Shown here: piece after piece, positions 41,687 through 55,450 of the stretch
Layout of the letters: the number at the start of each line of letters is the position of its first letter
How positions within the stretch are numbered: the stretch's first letter is position 1
DNA from: Eledone cirrhosa
Taxonomy: Eukaryota
Assembly (NCBI GenBank): GCA_964016885.1
Contig: OZ024745.1
Coordinates: 63,550,001-63,614,000, forward strand
Length of the DNA: 64,000 bases
Direction of reading: 5' to 3'
Made by a program: the position numbers and the translations under genes
Notes under the pieces: generated by a model
Database searches by the model: none
Seen by the model: the letters and a program-made list of their open reading frames with translations, nothing else
What the model was told of the DNA's origin: nothing

Positions 41687-43198
41687 CATCATCATCATCG
41701 TTATCATTCCCATGATCATCATCATCATGTTAATATAATGAAGATGGCGATGATGATAGTAGTGGTGTTCGCATGGACCCTAGATTAAGGAAAACTTATA
41801 AGACGCCCTTACCTTTCTTAAAGGAGTTAGTGATATGAGGGAAGATGACTGCATATGGGAAATGGAAACGGGAGCCCTTACACTGCTCACCAGTTGAAAG
41901 TCTTAGATCTTACCGACTTTACCTCTCCACCAACACCACTGCTTCCCCCTACAATCACAACCACTAGCATTAACTCAAACACGAGCATCAATTTCTCCAC
42001 CATTGCCACAACCAGCACTACAAACACAAGCCAACACGACTATCACTATCACTATCACAAACATCAACATTATCAAAAGATAGTAATAACACAGCATCTA
42101 ACACCTCCACCACCATCACAACATACACCAGCATCACAACTATTACAACCGATATTGTTATACCACCACTATGTACCCCCCGCCTCCGCCATTACGACCC
42201 CTATACTACCCTTGCAATCATCAGCATTGCACTAGCCGTACTATGCCACAATCACATAATCAACACTTCGACCACCTCCATCATTATAACAGTACTATAA
42301 TAATTACAACATTCAAACAACAATAGCAATCATAATTTCACTGCTGGAGTTGTTCATGCCTATGTTGCTGCTGAAAATTCTGTTGCTAATTATGATGATG
42401 ATGATGATAATGATAATCGTGGTGGGGGGGGGGGGGTGATGATGATAGAGATGAGGAGTTCATAGAAGCAAAACAACCCGGCAGCGGGCTCTATAACCGG
42501 CACGAGTTGTTTTAGTTTTCAATACAAAACAGTGCAGTTTACGATAACCACTTACTTATGAAGCCAATAAGAATGCCCCTCACTGCGTTTTAAACAAGGT
42601 GCTAGAAATAGCAGTCTAATCTTTCTAAAAGCACTGACTTTTAGAAATATGAGTTGGGGGATGACACAAGAGATAATGAAGATCTTGTTGACGACCGAAT
42701 AACACTGTCACTTCGATTAATGGATCACTTAAAGCTAAACGCACCCCCACCACAGGACCACCACCTCAACCACCATCATTACCACCACTAACAACAAAAG
42801 CAGCAAGAAGAAATGGGAACTTCTAATCAGTGGACAAAACGATGTACTGTAATCGAAAGTTTAAGCTGATGTATGTATATGTGCAATAGATATATATATA
42901 TATATCTTTCTTTCACTCTGTCTCCCTCTCTCACCTTACACACACGCACACACACACACACGCACACATACACACACACACACTCACACGTATAATATAT
43001 ATGCGTATATATGCATGTGATGTGTGTTTGTATATATGTAATGTATGTATGTCTGAGAATGATTGTAAGGAATTGTACTTATATATGTTTAATTATATAC
43101 AAATATTTCTTCAGTTTCACCTACACACATACATATATATATATATATGTATATGTATGTATGCATATATATATACATGTGTATATATATATATATAT

Positions 43199-43241
<43 letters not shown>

Positions 43242-43286
43242 TATATATATGTACATATATATATATATGTATGTATGCATATATAT

Positions 43287-43371
<85 letters not shown>

Positions 43372-43765
43372 CGTGTGAGTGTATATGTGTATATATGTAA
43401 GCATAATTATTGGAACTCTAGTGTGATTAATTACAATATGTATGAATATGTGTGTGAAGGGCTGGCCTTATTAATTTCGTTGGTACAATTTTAGCATTTA
43501 ATTATTCTTAGTTAATGTTACTAAGATTTTGCACTATCAGTGTGTATATGTGTGTGTGTTTCAGCATTGGTCATGAGTTTTTAATTGTCCAGCGTTTTCT
43601 TTCTTGTGTACATAAAAACCATGTATGTATATATATTTATGTATGTGTGTAACTATTTTTTTTTTGTGTGTGTTTGTGAGCGTTTTTATACCTGCATATT
43701 AAAAAAAATAAGCATGTATATGCACCTATTCTTGCGTGAGCATGTGTGTATGTATATATATATAT

Positions 43766-43804
<39 letters not shown>

Positions 43805-44158
43805 TGTTTAGCCCAAATTCTGAATAATTTTCCGTAGCATCACACAACACCCCTGAAACTCTTCATTCTCCGTATTATTCCCCCCCCCCCCCCCCACCCC
43901 ATACACTCTTAGCCCCGAAATCACACTTAAGGAGAATCCCTGAGAGAGATGTCTAAGTTTTTTGTTGTTTTTTTAAATTTCAATATTAGACACAAGAGAT
44001 ATTATTAAGGCACTAGCAATGGTATTAGGATTCATTTTCTCACTTAGGGTAAATTTTACAAATAAAAAGAAAAATAGAAATCTATGACATTAATGTCCCC
44101 TAACAAGGGCACGGGTAGCCTTTAAAGAATGCGAAATACAGGATAATATTAAAAAAGA

Positions 44159-44252
44159 AGACAATGGTGATTATAAGAACAAATGTTTATATGTTTATAT
44201 AGGAAATTGTGACATTCATGCTTGCTTTCTTCCTTATTTGAATTAATAACAA

Positions 44253-44283
<31 letters not shown>

Positions 44284-44359
44284 AATTTCATTTATTAGCC
44301 ACAAGGGCCAACATGTAGGGGACAGGGCGGCCCTTGTGACTAATAAATGAAATCATTAA

Positions 44360-44393
<34 letters not shown>

Positions 44394-44489
44394 GTTATTA
44401 ATTCAAATAAGGAAGAAAGCAAGCATGAATGTCACAACTTCCTATATGTTTCTAGAATATAAACATTTGTTCTCATAATCACCATTGTC

Positions 44490-44490
<1 letters not shown>
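44159..44490. repeat. ~330 bp near-perfect palindrome centred on a LINE 3'-terminus motif
   Basis: Arms 44159-44309 and ~44329-44490; centre TTTCATTTATTAGCCACAAGGGCC...GGCCCTTGTGACTAATAAATGAAA; a third copy of the motif lies at ~44534-44572. Confidence 0.92.
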
Positions 44491-44534
<44 letters not shown>

Positions 44535-44670
44535 TTTCATTTATTAGCCACCAGGGCCGAAATGTAGGGGACAATAATAATAATAATAATAAGTAATGCA
44601 GGTAGTGGCTTGATATTCATTTCAACAAACTTTCCAGTTAAATAACATCAATGACTGAGACTCAAAGAAC

Positions 44671-44712
<42 letters not shown>

Positions 44713-44715
<3 letters not shown>

Positions 44716-44970
44716 TGTTTCTACTTTTGGCACAAGGCCAGCAATGATCCCAGTGAATTTTAATAATTATGATGATTTCTACTCTAGGCACTAGGCCAGC
44801 AATTTGGGGGGAGGGGAAGTCGATTAAAACGACCTCAGTGCATTACTGGTACTTTAGTTCATCGACCCTGTAAAGATGAAAGGTAAAGCTAACCTTGGCT
44901 GGATTTGAACTCAGAACGCAAAGGATCGTAACTATATGCTGCAAAGCATGTTGTCCGGTGCACGACCGAA
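44713..44970 (-). mobile_element. SINE (major family) with duplicated tail
   Basis: Consensus match; TTTCTACT..GGCAC.AGGCCAGCAAT occurs twice. Confidence 0.85.
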
Positions 44971-45484
44971 TGATAATAATAATAAATCCGTCATCGAACG
45001 ACTTGAGGTTGTGACCTTTAAGCCTTTCCTTAATATCAATTATTGGAATATTAAGTGAAGCATGAAAAAAAAACTGACACTTATTACAATAACAATTATG
45101 ACAAGACCAACGCAAAACAAAGAATAGGAGTACAAAAAACTCAATAACAATAGATATCACGGGATCAGTTATATACAATCAAATAGTGTATTATTTCTTT
45201 CATCTGTGTTGATGCTGTTGATTCTATATTTCAATCCTATTCTGCTTTTTCTACCGTCTTTTCATCTGTGTATACATCACACTTAAGACAACGGCTACCG
45301 TATCAGCTGTGTGGTTTGTTTAATGGATATCATGTGATAAAAACTGATTCCAGCACGCAGAAGAATTTGTATCGATAGGAAAAGTTCCGAATAGATGTAC
45401 TTTGCTAATATGTATATATCTACATACAAATATACGAGCAGTCATACATACACACATGCTCCAATACATGTGTGTGCATGTGTG

Positions 45485-45527
<43 letters not shown>

Positions 45528-45743
45528 ATTCAGAACAAAGCATACGCGTGAAAGTAATATGTAAGTGGCTGAGCATTCCACCGGCAATCTGAACGTGCTT
45601 CTCAGGGAGATTCAGCGGGACACAGCCTGATAAGTCTCGCCTTCACGTATTACAGGTGCAACTGGTTTTGGCAAGCGGGGTGGACTGGAGCAAGCTATAT
45701 AAGCATATACATACATATATACATATATATATATACATGTATG

Positions 45744-45844
<101 letters not shown>

Positions 45845-45956
45845 CTATATATATATCTATATATATATCTATATATATATATATGTATGTATATATGTAT
45901 GTATATATGTATATATATATATATATATAAATACATACATATATATAGATACATGC

Positions 45957-46059
<103 letters not shown>

Positions 46060-47677
46060 TATATATAAATATATAATATACATATATATATATATATAGA
46101 CACACACACACCTATATATATAATATACATATAAATATAGACACACACACACACCTACATATATATGTATACACACGCACACACACACACAACAAAGCAA
46201 TAAGAAAGAATTAACATGTAACTTAACTGCTAATAATAACGTTTAAAAGTCAAAAGATTCTTTCATTAATGCTGTTTAATAGGTTAGCATCATTATTCAA
46301 TAGATGGTAATTATTCTCTGCTCTACGAATTAGTTTAACTCGACCGTAATAAATAAAGAGCAGTTTTATCGTGTAAACGAAAAAGTGATAAATTGAAGAA
46401 AAGAACACGTGAGCGGCTTTCTTATTTTGCTGTTGGTAGTTAGTGTGTGATTTCTTACACACACACATGTATACATACATACATACATGTAAGCATATAT
46501 ACATACATACATATATACATACATCCCTCCATCCATCTATACATACATACATACATACATGCATGCATGCATGCATGCATGCATGCATACATACTTACTT
46601 ATACATATACATGCACACAAACTAGTGAGGAACTATATGATCACCAGACCTGCTAGAAATGGTAGCCAAATTACTTTGTCAAGTAGAATATCGATGGACA
46701 CATTGTATTATGTGATGGTGGGTCCTCATGTGCATCGGAAAAGAAGGCATGAGGGAATGTCAGGGCAGGATGCTGTTTACCTACAGGTGTGCTCTATGGG
46801 AGCCTACATGCCGCTAAACAACAGCCAAATCCCGTGCACAATAGAGTGAAAGTTGATTTGAAGATAATGACAAGGAAATGTATATATAATAATGCATACG
46901 ATGGTCAGAGAAACATAAGCGAAGCAGGGTGAAAAAGAAACATAATTATTAATTAAACTACCGGCTAACGGAGTCTGGCGAGTCAGTTTCGATTTCGTTT
47001 GTAGCAATTACAATATAGTTGCATGTCAAGTCGCTAATGACTCCTGGCAGTGGTGTGTGAGGTGGATCAGTAGAGGGAAAGGTATGATAATGGCAATAAC
47101 CCCCTCCCCTCCCAAACCATCCTCCACTCTGGAGTTCATGTGCCTGTGTAAGAAAGAAATCGAAAGCGAGGAAGGCAGAGAAGGAGACTGGAAAGAGATA
47201 GCGAGTGTGAGAGTGAACTAATTGTGAGGGATATGTGCAGAGAGATAGACAACGTGAGGGAGAGTGAGAGAGAGTGCGAGAGAGGTATATATATATGTAT
47301 AGAGAGAGAGTTATGCGGAGTGTGTGAGAGTGAGGAAAATGTACTTGGAGTGAAGTAGAAGTAATGAAAGTGAATTAGCTACTAAAAGTATGAAACGTTA
47401 AATAGAAAATATGCTTACAATGAAATTAATATAATAATATATCAATACAAAGAAGAAGATCAAGGCTAATGTGATCGATATTGTTGTCAAAGGTTCAAGT
47501 ATTAGTCCTAAGAGATACTAATATCTACCTTAAGTAAAATGATCTGGAAATAGAGATAGCCAGAAAGTTGGGGTGGTCTAAAAATAGAAACTATCCTCAT
47601 ACGTGCCATAGATGCAAGTAAATTAGATGCAAGTAGTTTACTAAAATCAAGGGATTTCGTATATATACAAGACATAC

Positions 47678-47870
47678 AATTTTAGGGGAGAGGTAAGTGG
47701 ATTAAATCGACTCCAGTTCATTACTGTACTTTATTCATCGACCCCGTAAAAATGAAAGGCAGAGCCAACCTCGGTGGGATTTGAACTCAGAACGTAAATG
47801 TAAGAACTAATCATCAAATAATGCAAAGCAATGTATTCCCACATACCAACGATATTGTCAATCCAGCCCC
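47678..47870 (-). mobile_element. SINE (major family)
   Basis: CATCGACCCCGTAAAAATGAAAGGCAGAGCCAACCTCGGTGGGATTTGAACTCAGAACG. Confidence 0.85.
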
Positions 47871-47993
47871 TAATAATGATAAACATACTGTTATTGTAAT
47901 GAAGAAAAAAAATATTTCCAGAGAAACTTATTTAGAAATAAAATTTAAAAAAAAACATCGATTTGTTATAGAAATCAAAACATAAATATCTCT

Positions 47994-48060
<67 letters not shown>

Positions 48061-48085
48061 CATGTGTCTGTCTGCCAGATGTATG

Positions 48086-48142
<57 letters not shown>

Positions 48143-48564
48143 ATATGTGTAAGTATGTATGTAAGTATATAAGTATGTATGTAAGTAAGTAAGTACGTAT
48201 GTAAGTATGTATGTATCTATAAGTATGTATGTAAGTATGTATGTAAGTAAGTATGTATGTATGTAAGTAAAAAAAAAGGAGCGAGAAAAGGAAATTATTT
48301 AAGATGGAACTTAATGTAAGTTTGAAGCTTTTACTTACAAATTGTTTATCCTATGATAATGGTGTGTTACACACACACATACACACACAAACATACACAA
48401 ACAAACATACACAAAACACACACACAAACATACACAAAACACACACACAAACTCATATACACATACACATACACATATATATATGTGTGTGTGTGTATGT
48501 ATGTATGCAATTCAAATCTGTATATTTTTGATCGTCAAACTTATTAATTTTATCATTCATCTTA

Positions 48565-48596
<32 letters not shown>

Positions 48597-48626
48597 TGAA
48601 CTCACTCACTCTCTCTTTCTGTATAG

Positions 48627-48673
<47 letters not shown>

Positions 48674-48688
48674 TATATAAATAAAATA

Positions 48689-48760
<72 letters not shown>

Positions 48761-48820
48761 TATATAAATAAAATAATATATATAATATATATATAAATAT
48801 ATATATATATAAATAAAATA

Positions 48821-48873
<53 letters not shown>

Positions 48874-48922
48874 TGTGTTTATATATATATATATATAAAA
48901 GCGTGTGTGATGTATAATATAC

Positions 48923-49017
48923 CTTGATAAATATCTCTTTCTTATGTTTTGGTAGTTTCTCTTTATCTCTTCTCTCGTGGTCTTGTCAGCGGTTTGTAGT
49001 GTACGCTTTACTTAACT
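48923..49017 (-). other. Predicted non-coding first exon (95 nt)
   Basis: Starts at Inr-like CCAGTT 31-33 nt downstream of TATATAAA; ends AAG|GTATAT; contains no ATG. Confidence 0.5.
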
Positions 49018-49150
49018 GGCCACCGGTTGCAAGCTAACCAACTTTATATAGACTCATTTGGCCACTAGCTAGCTATATAGCCAGCGGTGTGATCTTCCTG
49101 TTGAATATTCATGCCATTTTTAATTGAGGGCGGGGTTTGAGGCGGTGCTC
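49017..49150 (-). promoter_or_regulatory. RNA polymerase II core promoter
   Basis: TATATAAA (49043-49050), AP-1-like TGAGTC, ETS CAGGAAG (49094-49100), YY1-like AAAATGGC (49113-49120), GC box GGGCGGGG (49128-49135). Confidence 0.55.
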
Positions 49151-49397
49151 GGATTTAAAAAAAAAATTATAATAAATAGTAAAAGGCTTAAAAAATCAAA
49201 AATAAAGAAAATAATAAATAAAGTAAAAAGAAAGAATATAAAAGCAACAAAACAAAACCGTAAAGCTAAATATATGGGGCGGCGCTACTTGGGTAAAGAA
49301 CAATAAATATTTTATAAAGACACTTTTTCAGTAATGCAATCGAGTGTGAGTGTCAGCGTACGTGAGTGCGTATTTTATGTTTATATACATATACACA

Positions 49398-49456
<59 letters not shown>

Positions 49457-49458
49457 AT

Positions 49459-49550
<92 letters not shown>

Positions 49551-49558
49551 ATGTATAT

Positions 49559-49667
<109 letters not shown>

Positions 49668-49777
49668 CATATATATATATACATATATATACATATATAT
49701 ACATATATATATATATATCGAGACACAATTCGATGCCTGTATACATTATAGTATTGTATCGATCTGTAAATTCCTAT

Positions 49778-49851
<74 letters not shown>

Positions 49852-49929
49852 TATATACATATATTAATATTATTTATTTATTTATAAACATACACATATA
49901 TACATTCACACACGCGGTGCACCGAACCC

Positions 49930-49963
<34 letters not shown>

Positions 49964-50062
49964 TGTATGCACATATACACACATAAACACACACACAGAC
50001 ACACACACACACACACACACTCACAAGCGCGCGCATATATATATATATATGTATATATATAT

Positions 50063-53000
50063 TTATATATATATTAAACGCACGCACACATAAATGTGTC
50101 TCTTAACGAGAATCCGTCCTCCACTCAAAATAAAAATATTTAGGGAAGGGTAAAATTCAGCAACAAGTGAGACTATAATCAGCAAGAGGGCGGTATAGGT
50201 GAGGAGTTGGTGGTTATGAGTGAAGCTGTAGAGGTGGTAGTGGAAGTGGTGAGGGGGCTTATGGTTGTGGTGGTGTAGTTGTGGTGTGGTAGAGGTGCTA
50301 GTGCTGCTTGTGATGGTGGCGTTTGTGGTGGTCGTGATGATGATGTTTATGGTGCTAGTGGTAGTACTTGCAGTTGTGAAGTTTGTAGTTGCTGCTGTTG
50401 TTAGAGGTAGTTGGTGGTGGTGGTGGTGGTGGTGGTGGTGGTGGTGGTGGTGGCACTGGTAGGGTTGATGGTAGTGGTGGTAGTGTGGTGTTACTGACGG
50501 TGGTGGTGGTGGTGGTGGTGGTGGTGGGTGTGGTGGTGGTGGTGTTGGCGGTGGTGGTTGTGGTGGTAGGATTGATGGTGGTGGTGGTAGTGTGGTGTTA
50601 CTGACGGTGGTGGTGGCGGCGGTGGTGGGTGTGGTGGTGGTGGTGTTGGTGGTGGTGGATGTGGTGGTAGGGTTGATGGTGGTGGTGGTGTTGGTGTTAC
50701 TGGCTGTTGTGTTGGCGGTGGTGGTTGTGGTGGTGGTTGTGGTGGTGGTGGTGGTGGTGACACTGGTAGGGTTGATGGTGGTGGTAGTGTTGGTGTTAGT
50801 GACGGTGGTGTTGGCGGTGGTGGTTGTGGTGGTGACGGTGGTGGTGGTGGTGGTGGTGGTGGTGTTGGTACTGGTAGGGTTGATGGTGGTGGTAGTGTTG
50901 GTGTTAGTGGCTGTTGTGTTGGCGGTGGTGGTTGTGGTGGTGACAGTGGTGGTGGTGGTGGTGGTGGTGATGGTGTTGGTGGTGGTGGTGGTGGTGATGG
51001 TGTTGGTGGTGGTGGTGGTGGTGGTGGTGGTGGTGGTGGTGGTAGGGTTGATGGTGGTGGTAGTGTTGGTGTTAGTGGCTGTTGTGTTGGCGGTGGTGGT
51101 TGTGGTGGTGACGGTGGTGGTGGTGGTGGTGGTGATGGTGTTGGTGGTGGTGGTGGTGTTGGTGATGGTGTTGGTGGTGGTGGTGGTGGTGGTGGTGGTG
51201 GTGGTGGTGGTGGTGGTAGGGTTGATGGTGGTGGTAGTGTTGGTGTTACTGACGGTGGTGTCGGTGGTGGTGGTGGTGGTAGTGGTGGTGTTGGTTATGG
51301 TGGTAGTGGTGGTGGTTGTGGTGGTAGTGTTGGTGATAGTGTCCGTGGTGTTGGTGGTGGTGGTGGTGGTGGTGGTGGTGGTGGTACTGGTGGTGGTTGT
51401 GGTGATTGTGTTGGTGATAGTGTCCGTGGTGTTGGCGGTGGTGATTGTGGTGGTGGTGGTGGTGGTGGTGGTGATGGTGGTACTGGTGGTGGTTGTGGTG
51501 GTTGTGTTGGTGATAGTGTCCGTGGTGTTGGCGGTGGTGATTGTGGTGGTGGTGGTGGTGGTGGTGGTGGTGGTGGTGGTGGTAGTAGTGGAGATACTGG
51601 TAGGGTTGATGGTAGTGGTAGTGTTCGTGATAGTGACTGTGGTATTGGTGCTGGACATAGTGGTGGTAGTGTTTGTGGTAGTCATTGTAGTGGTAGTGTT
51701 AGTGGTAGTGGCAGTGGTGGCAGTGGTGCTAATAGGGGTTGTGGTTGTGATGATAGTGTTAATGGTGGTGGTAGTGGTAGTGGCAGTGGTGGCAGTGGTG
51801 TCCATAGTGGTTGTGGTTGTGATGATAGTGGTAATGTTGGTGGTAGTGTTTGTGGTAGTGATTGTAGTGGTAGTGGTAGTGGTAGTGGTAGTGGCAGTGG
51901 TGTCCATAGTGGTTGTGGTTGTGATGATAGTGGTAATGTTGGTGGTAGTGTTTGTGGTAGTCATTGTAGTGGTAGTGGTAGTGGTGGTGGTAGTGGTAGT
52001 AGTGGCAGTGGTGTCCATAGTGGTTGTGGTTGTGATGATAGTGGTAATGTTGGTGGTAGTGTTTTTGGTAGCCATTGTAGTGGTAGTGGTAGTGGTAGTG
52101 GTAGTGGTGGTGGTAGTGGTGGTGGTAGTGGTGTCCATAGTGGTTGTGGTTGTGATGATAGCGGTAATGTTGGTGGTAGTGTTTGTGGTAGTGATTGTAG
52201 TGGTAGTGGTAGTGGTAGTGGTAGTGGTAGTGGTAGTGGTAGTGGCAGTGGTGTCCATAGTGGTTGTGGTTGTGATGATAGTGGTAATGTTGGTGGTAGT
52301 GTTTTTGGTAGTGATTGTAGTGGTAGTGGTAGTGGTAGTGGTGTCCATAGTTGCTGTGGTTGTGATGATAGTGGTAATGTTGGTGGTAGTGTTTGTGGTA
52401 GTCATTGTAGTGGTAGTGGTAGTGGTAGTGGTGGTAGTGGTGTCCATAGTGGTTGTGGTTGTGATGATAGTGGTAATGTTGGCGGTAGTGTTTTTGGTAG
52501 CCATTGTAGTGGTAGTGGTAGTGGTAGTGGTGGTAGTGGTGTCCATAGTGGTTGTGGTTGTGATGATAGTGGTAATGTTGGCGGTAGTGTTTTTGGTAGC
52601 CATTGTAGTGGTAGTGGTAGTGGTAGTGGTAGTGGTGGTGGTAGTGGTGTCCATAGTGGTTGTGGTTGTGATGATAGTGGTAATGTTGGTGGTAGTGTTT
52701 GTGGTAGTGATTGTAGTGGTAGTGGTAGTGGTAGTGGTAGTGGTAGTGGTGGCAGTGGTGTCCATAGTGGTTGTGGTTGTTATGATAGTGGTAATGTTGG
52801 TGGTAGTGTTTGTGGTAGTGATTGTAGTGGTAGTGGTAGTGGTAGTGGTAGTGGCAGTGGTGTCCATAGTGGTTGTGGTTGTTATGATAGTGGTAATGTT
52901 GGTGGTAGTGTTTGTGGTAGTGATTGTAGTGGTAGTGGTAGTGGTAGTGGTAGTGGCAGTGGTGTCCATAGTGGTTGTGGTTGTTATGATAGTGGTAATG

Positions 53001-53413
53001 TTGGTGGTAGTGTTTGTGGTAGTGATTGTAGTGGTAGTGGTAGTGGTAGTGGTAGTGGTAGTGGTGTCCATAGTGGTTGTGGTTGTTATGATAGTGGTAA
53101 TGTTGGTGGTAGTGTTTGTGGTAGTCATTGTAGTGGTAGTGGTAGTGGTAGTCATTGTAGTGGTAGTGGTAGTGGTAGTGGTGTCCATAGTTGCTGTGGT
53201 TGTGATGATAGTGGTAATGCTGGTGGTAGTGTTTGTGGTAGCCATTGTAGTAGTAGTGGTAGTGGTGGTGGTAGTGGTAGTAGTGGCAGTGGTGTCCATA
53301 GTGGTTGTGGTTGTGATGATAGTGGTAATGCTGGTGGTAGTGTTTGTGGTAGTCATTGTAGTGGTAGTGGTAGTGGTAGTGGTAGTGGTAGTGGCAGTGG
53401 TAGTGGTGTCCAT
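50063..53413 (-). CDS. Thr-rich mucin-like ORF (coding status uncertain)
   Basis: 1116-codon ORF of [24 protein letters not shown] units ending in a hydrophobic segment ([18 protein letters not shown]); could equally be a non-coding trinucleotide satellite. Confidence 0.35.
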   Translation of the reverse strand: MDTTTTATTTTTTTTTTTTMTTTNTTTSITTIITTTTTMDTTATTTTTTTTTTTTTMATTNTTTSITTIITTTATMDTTTTTTTTTMTTTTTTTTMTTTNTTTNITTIITTTTTMDTTTTTTTTTTTTTITTTNTTTNITTIITTTTTMDTTATTTTTTTTTTITTTNTTTNITTIITTTTTMDTTATTTTTTTTTTITTTNTTTNITTIITTTTTMDTTATTTTTTTTTTTTTITTTNTTTNITTIITTTTTMDTTTTTTTTTTTTTTTMATKNTTANITTIITTTTTMDTTTTTTTTTTTTMATKNTTANITTIITTTTTMDTTTTTTTTTTTTMTTTNTTTNITTIITTTATMDTTTTTTTTTITTKNTTTNITTIITTTTTMDTTATTTTTTTTTTTTTTTTITTTNTTTNITAIITTTTTMDTTTTTTTTTTTTTTTTTTTMATKNTTTNITTIITTTTTMDTTATTTTTTTTTTTTTMTTTNTTTNITTIITTTTTMDTTATTTTTTTTTTITTTNTTTNITTIITTTTTMDTTATTATTTTTTINTIITTTTPISTTATTATTTNTTTTMTTTNTTTTMSSTNTTVTITNTTTTINPTSISTTTTTTTTTTTTTTTTITTANTTDTITNTTTTTTTSTTITTTTTTTTTITTANTTDTITNTITTTTTSTTTTTTTTTTTNTTDTITNTTTTTTTTTTITNTTTTTTTTTDTTVSNTNTTTTINPTTTTTTTTTTTTTTTNTITNTTTTTNTITTTTTTTVTTTTTTANTTATNTNTTTTINPTTTTTTTTTTTTTNTITTTTTTNTITTTTTTTTVTTTTTTANTTATNTNTTTTINPTSTNTTTTTTTTTVTTTTTTANTTVTNTNTTTTINPTSVTTTTTTTTTTTTTTANTTASNTNTTTTINPTTTSTTTNTTTTTPTTAATTTVSNTTLPPPPSILPPQPPPPTPPPPHPPPPPPPPPPSVTPHYHHYHQPYQCHHHHHHHHHHHHHQLPLTTAATTNFTTASTTTSTINIIITTTTNATITSSTSTSTTPQLHHHNHKPPHHFHYHLYSFTHNHQLLTYTALLLIIVSLVAEFYPSLNIFILSGGRILVKRHIYVCVRLIYI

Positions 53414-55145
53414 AGTTGCTGTGGTTGTGATGGTAGTGGTAATGTTGGTGGTAGTGTTGTGGTAGTCATTGTAGTGGTAGTGGTAGTGGTAGTGGTGTCC
53501 ATAGTTGCTGTGGTTGTGATGATAGTGGTAGTGTTGGTGGTAGTGTTTGTGGTAGTCATTGTAGTGGTAGTGGTAGTGGTGGTGGTAGTGGTAGTAGTGG
53601 CAGTGGTGTCCATAGTTGCTGTGGTTGTGATGATAGTGGTAATGTTGGTGGTAGTGTTTGTGGTAGTCATTGTAGTGGTAGTGGTAGTGGTAGTGGTAGT
53701 GGTAGTGGTAGTGGTGTCCATTGTGGTTGTGGTTGTGATGATAGTGGTAATGCTGGCGATACTAATGGTGGAGGTATGGTGGAGTTGTTGCCGCTGGTGG
53801 CTGGAACTGTCACTGTTTAGGTTATGGTGATGATGGAGGTGAAGTTGCTGTTGGTGTTGGTAGTGATAACTGATTTGGCTGAGATGGTAGTGGTAGTGAT
53901 GATGGTGATGGAAGTGTTGGTGGTGGTGGTGGTGGTGGTGGTATTGATGATGGTGATGGAACTGTTGGTGGTGGAGATAGGGGTGGTGGTTGTCGTGGTG
54001 ATGGTGGAGGTGGTGGTTGTGGTGGTGGTGGTGGTGGTATTGATGATGGTGATGGAACTGTTGGTGGTGGAGATAGGGGATGGAGGTGGTGGTGGTGGTG
54101 GTGGTGGTGGTGGAAGTGTTGGTGGTGGTGGTGGTGGTATTGATGATGGTGATGGAACTGTTGGTGGTGGAGATAGGGGGGTGGAGGTGGTGGTGGTGGT
54201 GGTGGTGGTGGTGGAACTGTTGGTGGTGGTGGTGGTGTTATTGATGATGGTGATGGAACTGTTGGTGGTGGTGGTGGTGGTATTGATTATGGTGATGGAA
54301 CTGTTGGTGGTGGAGGTGGGGGTGGGGTGGGGAACTGTTGGTGGTGGTGGTGGTGGTGGTATTGATGATGGTGATGGAACTGTTGGTGTTGGAGATAGGG
54401 GTGGTGGTTGTCGTGGTGATGGTGGAGGTGGTGGTGGTGGTGGTGGTGGTGGTGGTGGTGGAACTGTTGGTGGTGGAGATAGGGGTGGTGGAGGTGGTGG
54501 TGGTGGTGGAACTGTTGGTGGTGGAGATAGGGGTAGTGGTTGTCGTGGTGGTGGTGGTGGTGGTGGTGGTGGAAGTGTTGGTGGTGGAGATAGTGGTAGT
54601 GGTGGTGGTGGTGGTGGTAGTAGTGGTGGTAGTAGTGGTGGTAGTGGGGGATAGTGGTTGTGGCGGTGGTGGTGATGGTGGTAGTAGTGGTGGTGAGGTT
54701 TGCGGTTGGAGGTGGGGTGATGATTATGTTGGGGGAATGTGCTGAGGGTGGTCGGCATGGGGGGGGAGGTGTTGATGGTGGTAATGATGATGATGAAGTG
54801 TGAGGTGATTTGTAGGTGTGGCGTTCGTCAATGCTGTACTAGTGGATAGAAAGTGGTGGTTGTGGTGAAGTGCTGTATTTGTGGTGTGGTGGTGGTGGTG
54901 ACGGTCTTAGTGAGCGTGAGGTAGCGGTAATAGTAGTGGTCTAGTTAATGGTAGTGACAGTGGAATAGGGCGTGGGGTTGCTTGGGTAGAAATTTGATTG
55001 TGGCAGCGGTGGTGCTAGTGGTGGTGCTAATGGTTGTGGCGGCGTTGGTGTTGGTGAAATTGTTTAGGGTGGTGGTGATTGAGGGGGCTTTGTTGATATT
55101 AGTCTTGGTGGTGAGGGTGGTGACACGGTGGTATTGGTGGTGCAA
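50200..55145. repeat. (GGT/AGT)n low-complexity block with a higher-order array of 19 units (89-120 bp) at ~51790-53750
   Basis: GTGTCCAT marker counted 19 times; all spacings are multiples of 3 except one of 89 bp. Confidence 0.95.
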
Positions 55146-55450
55146 GGAAGTTTGTAGAAAATGGACATATCATCATGCAGTACTAAGTGCGTATGTATCT
55201 CTCTCTATCTCTCTTTCTTTCTCACACACTCTCTCTCTCTCCCTCTTTGAAGGAAGAAGAGTCCTGGTAATATGTAAGGAGATATTACTGATAGCTACAA
55301 AAACCTGATGAAGGTTGTGGGAAATGACGATAAGGATGATGATGATGATGATGATGAATATGGTGGTGGTTTCGGAGGAAGTGGCAGTGATGGTGATAGT
55401 TACGCTGGTGTTGGTGATGATAAAGATAATGGCAATAATTGTTATTATTG

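Noticed and set aside
41855-42235. Thr/His/Pro-rich 126 aa ORF
   Set aside because: Degenerate (ACC/CAT)n low-complexity sequence without splice or domain support.
50592-53465. 957 aa poly-Val ORF
   Set aside because: It is the antisense shadow of the Thr-codon repeat and implausible as a protein.
51790-53750. Regularly spaced repeats resembling a CRISPR array
   Set aside because: The intervening segments are variable-length (GTAGTG)n rather than unique spacers; eukaryotic context and no cas genes.
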